This document shows positions 60,701-64,000 of a stretch of DNA of 64,000 nucleotides, piece by piece (the stretch's first letter is position 1; the number at the start of each line of letters is the position of its first letter). The position numbers and the translations under genes are program-made. This stretch comes from Barthelona sp. PCE (taxonomy: Eukaryota): NCBI GenBank assembly GCA_040285745.1, contig JAUFOR010000001.1, forward strand, positions 1,054,001-1,118,000, written 5' to 3'. The notes beneath the pieces are model-generated. The model saw only the letters and a list, made by a program, of their open reading frames with translations, made no database searches and had not been told where the DNA came from.

Positions 60701-62693
60701 CATCGAAATTAACACAATCCAAACTCAGACAAGAAATTAAAAGCATTGAACGAAAAGACAACCCTAATGAAGAAGCGTTGACAATCTGAGAAAATGCGCT
60801 GGTTAGCACAAAATCAAAAATCTTTGGACCACATGCCTTTGCGTACATAGCAAAGCAGTAACAAGTGTCGAAGAAAGTAGCGAAACGATCTAAATCATCT
60901 TCTTCTATTTCAAGATCACTTACTCCGTTTTTCAAAACAATAATATCGTTTGGATACATGGCTGTGTTCAAAAAGGTCGTAAACATACCTGTGTCTGTTG
61001 ATGGGACAACACATGTAGCAAATGATGCAATAACTAGACGAAGTGATTGCACCAAGACCTTTGACGTCGCCTGCATTAAAGCATCGTGGATACGATCAAA
61101 GAAAGGGACAAAATGATGCGGAGCTAAACTAGCGAGTGTACAACCCATGGCTGCACCAGCTTCAGCGACTCGTTCACACATAATATCCACCAATAATGTA
61201 ATTACGTCAGCGTAAAAAATGTCTGATAAAGTCAAGACTTCGTTGCGGTATGACTCATGGACAAGACCGAACAAATAATGCAAATCATCAACAGCAGGCA
61301 AGGAAAAAATATCATCACCAAGTTCAACCCCCTCGACATAGTAGTTCGCGGTGGACACGAGCGTACGGGAGGCCGCGGCGCCAACATTTTTCATTGACTG
61401 TGCTGCAAGATCATTACCAGAAAGAGTTAATATGCTAAGCATGAGAATACAAGCTGCCCCAAGATTTTGGGGTTCTTCAGTGGCTCTTTGCAGGATTTTG
61501 ATCGTGAAATCAACAATCCTTTCTAAATCTTCAATTGTCAACTGATGTTGCAGGACAGAATTCATCACACAAAGAATAGTATTATTAACCTTCCATCCAA
61601 ACTGACCGCTAGCACCTGCAGACGTCTCTCCGCTCTCATACAGTCTTGTAAGGAGAACTGAGTGCTCTTCATCACTCAGAAAGTCATAACAATCACCGAT
61701 AACATCTGCGGCTAACTCTACAACTGGTGCTCTTTCAGTAGTGGGTGTGACCTCGAAGAACAGGTCTCTCTGCGCCAGGGGAAGCATTTTAGCAACGATA
61801 TCAGAGAACAAAATACTTGATCTTTTTTTAATGTCAATGGAAGAAAAACCATAACAATATCCAATATCAGACTTGTACGCATCCAGTGCAACTCTCAGGA
61901 AGAAAAGTGCGCCTCTGCGGATATTCGCTGATGGTGAATATATTGATGTATCTCTGAAATTAACAAAATCTAATGTTGCAATAATGTATGGATATATAAC
62001 ATGAGCACCACGTGTGTTCAAATACTCCGTCAGATGATGTTTCATGCTCTCCGGTGGTGTAAACGATATTGTTTTGGAATTACGAAGAGCAGCTGTTCTC
62101 TTTCTTACAGACATTTGTGAACGTAGTTTTGTAGTAGTTTCTTTATCAAATACTGGAAATAACTGCTTGAATATGGCATCACGGCCCTTGTCCGTATCTT
62201 CGCCGCCCAGCAACGTATCATAATCTCCTTCTGAGAGTCCCAAAACTGTTAAAAGTTGACTCTCTGTCCATTCATCTGAACCGCTTACGGCATCTGTGAG
62301 GTATGAAAGCTCGTCCAACGCGGCAAATCCTCCCTTCTCAAACATCTGTGTCACCGAACTGCCATATATTGTTGGTGGTGGTGGAATGAAAGAGTTAGAA
62401 GGCAAGTTATCTTGTGGACTGACTGGAGTTTCGACCAGCACTCGGTTGAGCAGCTTGACACAGGCCCTCTGAAATGGAACAGCCTCATCACGTGCATCGA
62501 AAAAAACTGGATACACGTGTGTCATTATGCAATGATAAGTTGTGGCATTGGGGTACTCGGCGAGAATGGACGCGAACCCGTGTGCGAATGTTTCTGTAAC
62601 GGAATCCAACGAGGAAACCGCTTGGTTGCAAAAATCCTTCCATAAACGATTAACTTTGTTTTGAACACTGCTACGGGCTTTGACAACGGTCAT
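57765..62693 (-). CDS. BTAF1: TBP-associated SNF2 ATPase MOT1/BTAF1
   Basis: HEAT-like N-half with RAPVVELAA; GILADDMGLGKT, LDEGH, LTGTPVQN, FLMPGFLG, LHKQI-P-VLRRLK--VL-DLPPK, HRALVF, LLTTKVG-HGLNL, DLQAMDRVHRLGQ. Likely start MTVVKA at 62693. Confidence 0.9.
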   Translation of the reverse strand: MTVVKARSSVQNKVNRLWKDFCNQAVSSLDSVTETFAHGFASILAEYPNATTYHCIMTHVYPVFFDARDEAVPFQRACVKLLNRVLVETPVSPQDNLPSNSFIPPPPTIYGSSVTQMFEKGGFAALDELSYLTDAVSGSDEWTESQLLTVLGLSEGDYDTLLGGEDTDKGRDAIFKQLFPVFDKETTTKLRSQMSVRKRTAALRNSKTISFTPPESMKHHLTEYLNTRGAHVIYPYIIATLDFVNFRDTSIYSPSANIRRGALFFLRVALDAYKSDIGYCYGFSSIDIKKRSSILFSDIVAKMLPLAQRDLFFEVTPTTERAPVVELAADVIGDCYDFLSDEEHSVLLTRLYESGETSAGASGQFGWKVNNTILCVMNSVLQHQLTIEDLERIVDFTIKILQRATEEPQNLGAACILMLSILTLSGNDLAAQSMKNVGAAASRTLVSTANYYVEGVELGDDIFSLPAVDDLHYLFGLVHESYRNEVLTLSDIFYADVITLLVDIMCERVAEAGAAMGCTLASLAPHHFVPFFDRIHDALMQATSKVLVQSLRLVIASFATCVVPSTDTGMFTTFLNTAMYPNDIIVLKNGVSDLEIEEDDLDRFATFFDTCYCFAMYAKACGPKIFDFVLTSAFSQIVNASSLGLSFRSMLLISCLSLDCVNFDDIRKNLHEVVFHNDLNDDKLTRMAYERNPTVTNMITSNISGITRIFASHLVKQDGHQFLMSTNTSTVSVTAGGYDEKNVFTEFSRLLQDLEKQSAVMRKSTQRSTNNVTRVVRGLTLKHIDTLKFCFMHEHYGVLVFMLAFLLSDSILSDEFIHTTQIGDTYSMGFFSPLVVFKHLRQLDPFSVIQISALFNEERGIGLLIDVIAQYGMSVPIKKAIRHVLLENGGSVFDTMPLMSKLFFVPLRDMTPVALQAMSVVYAAGMPFVDLSLMKKFTKICIWLLVKGQEGAILASHTARCFSHLVKRFGGVYMNQFITVFKKIIDAPKMSTYGVYFGEDFCKTNKLPINGVFNGQLWTMLTFLENLLNTALEAVAPFTILIVGFMVRFFNVQDQMISRRSRKVFGDILGLISPSLDIFSDVVAMKFRPLWEESRTLISGIFGRHATSDVSNIPFASDMKLRSYQLTGVSWLLLLCNVSMGGILADDMGLGKTIQMLSAISLKVRDDEMIKPHLVVCPASVIGHWVDECAHFINLKGVSMYSGSNNVAIPDENTGAVYVCSYQYLTNNIKTLSKVDYGFIVLDEGHYISNVKSKRFNAVVQLVSRFRFVLTGTPVQNSVGDIWAVFEFLMPGFLGSHQEFRNLVENPVRRVNEALYSKFKVRKQAALRGKLTTEPLKKLHKQIGPLVLRRLKTTVLADLPPKNIIDRRVVFTKEEEELYLALVEESELVSDAITASKAAGLLTYRLSRKICTHPSLLQNDKSPTAADLYRSFVDGKEFSCEHGSSKFDAFVELLRECNICKDKTTKTSDLTSSGQLKPTKHRALVFAQSKDSLTLLESTLIKIGLKDAYLRLDGDVAEQNRHEMVRAFNTDPFYSLMLLTTKVGSHGLNLQSADTVIFLECDTNPAQDLQAMDRVHRLGQTNSVTVYRLIVKDTIEEKILSQQVIKQTVASSVVKEQDVSDLKTEELFDLYAGEFDSKMEME

Positions 62694-62832
62694 TTTCGAA
62701 GCAATTAATAAAGAAAAGGGATGAAAAAACGCAAACATTTCCATTATGTTTACATAGAATAATTTCAGAAAGAAAATGATACTACTAAATAATCTACATG
62801 TTTTACTGAATAGTAATGTGTTGTGTAATGTG

Positions 62833-64000
62833 TTAATCGACATCTTCGACGTGGACCTGAGGCTGAGGAGCAGCACCGGCACCAGGAGCACCAGCACCAG
62901 GGAATCCAGCACCAGGGAAACCAGCGCCAGGAGCACCAGCACCAGGGAAACCGGCACCAGGAGCACCAGCACCAGGTTGACCTTCAGCGTAAACCTTAGC
63001 CATGATGGGCATAATCTTGTTCTGGAGTTCCTCCTTCTTACCAGAGAAATCATCCTTACCAGCAGTAGCCTTGTTGGCTTCGAACCAAGTCATGGTCTCC
63101 TCAACAGCTGTTTGAATGGTAGCAACATCTTCACCAGAAAGCTTACCCTCCAACTCAGTGGTAAGGGAAGACTTAATGGAATAAGTGTAAGACTCGAGCT
63201 CATTACGGGCATCAATGGTCTCCTTAACAATACGATCCTGTTCTTCGTGTTGCTTGGCTTCCTTGATCATCTGGTCAATCTGTTCTTTAGACAGACGATC
63301 CTTATCGTTATCAATTGTAATAGACTCACTGTTACCAGTTCCGGAATCAGTAGCCTTAACCTTCATGATACCAGACTCATCAACCTCGAAAACAACCTCG
63401 ATCTTGGGAGAACCACGAGGAGCGGGGGCAATGTTAGAAAGCATAAACTGACCGAGCAAGTTGTTGTTAGCACAGAGAGGACGCTCACCTTCGAAAATAC
63501 GAATGTTAACAGAGGTTTGGTTATCGGCAGCGGTAGAGAAAGTCTCAGACTTGGAGCAAGGAATCTTGGTACCACGGGGGATCAAGACAGCCATACGCTC
63601 ACCAAGGGTTTCAATACCAAGGGAAAGAGGAGCGACATCAACCAAAAGGACATCACCAATGGTCTCATCAGGGCCCTCATAAAGAAGGTGAGCCTGGATG
63701 GCGGCACCCATAGCAACGGCCTCATCAGGGTTAAGCTTCTGGTTAGGGGTCTTACCGTTGAAGAAATCCTTGAGGAGTTGACGAACCTTAGGAATACGAG
63801 TGGAACCACCAACAAGAAGGATCTCATCAACCTCGTTCTTAGAGGTATCGGAATCACGGAGAACCTGCTGGACGGGCTCGAGACAACCACGGAAGAGATC
63901 CATGTTTAGCTCCTCGAACTTAGCACGAGTCAAAGTATACTCGAAATCCTCACCCTCGGCAAGAGCCTCGATATCGAGGACGTGCTGGGTAGCGGATGAG
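62833..64000 (-). CDS. Hsp70 chaperone (3' part; start lies beyond the window end)
   Basis: [53 protein letters not shown]; ends ...VEDVD. Confidence 0.97.
   Translation of the reverse strand, partial: SSATQHVLDIEALAEGEDFEYTLTRAKFEELNMDLFRGCLEPVQQVLRDSDTSKNEVDEILLVGGSTRIPKVRQLLKDFFNGKTPNQKLNPDEAVAMGAAIQAHLLYEGPDETIGDVLLVDVAPLSLGIETLGERMAVLIPRGTKIPCSKSETFSTAADNQTSVNIRIFEGERPLCANNNLLGQFMLSNIAPAPRGSPKIEVVFEVDESGIMKVKATDSGTGNSESITIDNDKDRLSKEQIDQMIKEAKQHEEQDRIVKETIDARNELESYTYSIKSSLTTELEGKLSGEDVATIQTAVEETMTWFEANKATAGKDDFSGKKEELQNKIMPIMAKVYAEGQPGAGAPGAGFPGAGAPGAGFPGAGFPGAGAPGAGAAPQPQVHVEDVD
62872..62976 (-). repeat. Coding tandem repeat, 7 x 15 bp (PGAG[AF])
   Basis: [35 protein letters not shown] in the Hsp70 tail. 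Confidence 0.92.

Noticed and set aside
62694-63053. Apparent 120-aa N-terminal extension of MOT1 with a hydrophobic LVLVLL stretch
   Set aside because: It is an alternative-frame reading of the Hsp70 PGAG repeat plus the AT-rich spacer; Hsp70's own AGTAAAA 3' signal lies within it.
62776-63909. 377-aa plus-strand ORF antisense to Hsp70
   Set aside because: Long antisense ORFs are a known by-product of biased codon use in hsp70 genes; the translation simply mirrors the sense repeats.
1-64000. Alternative genetic code (TAA/TAG = Gln) suggested by a few in-frame stops
   Set aside because: Conserved genes end at the expected position with TAA (NSA2, GlnRS, CCT2) or TAG (ARL3, phosphatase), and long ORFs contain no internal TAR codons.
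1-64000. tRNA, rRNA, CRISPR arrays, transposases, prokaryotic operons
   Set aside because: None recognised by eye. The only tandem repeats found are in-frame coding repeats, and TTG/GTG starts in the ORF track were replaced by ATG starts because the DNA is eukaryotic.

Overview
Gene-dense, AT-rich eukaryotic DNA read with the standard code (TAA, TAG and TGA all serve as stops). It holds about 40 protein-coding genes, very short intergenic spacers and only four clear spliceosomal introns. The introns have GTATG[TC] donors and a branch point fused to the acceptor (NCT[AC]ACATT[TA]AG), and an AGT[AG]AA[TA] motif sits at or just after many stop codons. Both features resemble Giardia/Trichomonas, so the source is most likely a flagellated metamonad protist (inference). 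Housekeeping genes include NOT1 (partial, missing from the ORF track), NSA2, RPC3, MINDY4-like, a RING-BRCT protein, RPA2, GlnRS, CCT2, a divergent XPO1, KRI1, RAB3GAP1, PIG-L, ARL3, a NEK kinase, a PP2A-family phosphatase, UTP25, a half-size ABCA, CDK5RAP3/C53, MOT1 and an Hsp70. The main leads are: a secreted pre-pro protein with an amphipathic helix on a beta-rich domain (candidate pore-former) beside a bacterial-like methyltransferase in a small accessory patch; an Hsp70 with a BiP-like body but a cytosolic-type EDVD tail; a GH20 enzyme with degenerate catalytic residues and an NLS-like insert; a dispersed 'MPR-start' paralog family; a structured 96-nt intron; and two box C/D-like RNA candidates. 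All family assignments come from motif recognition by eye; no searches were run.
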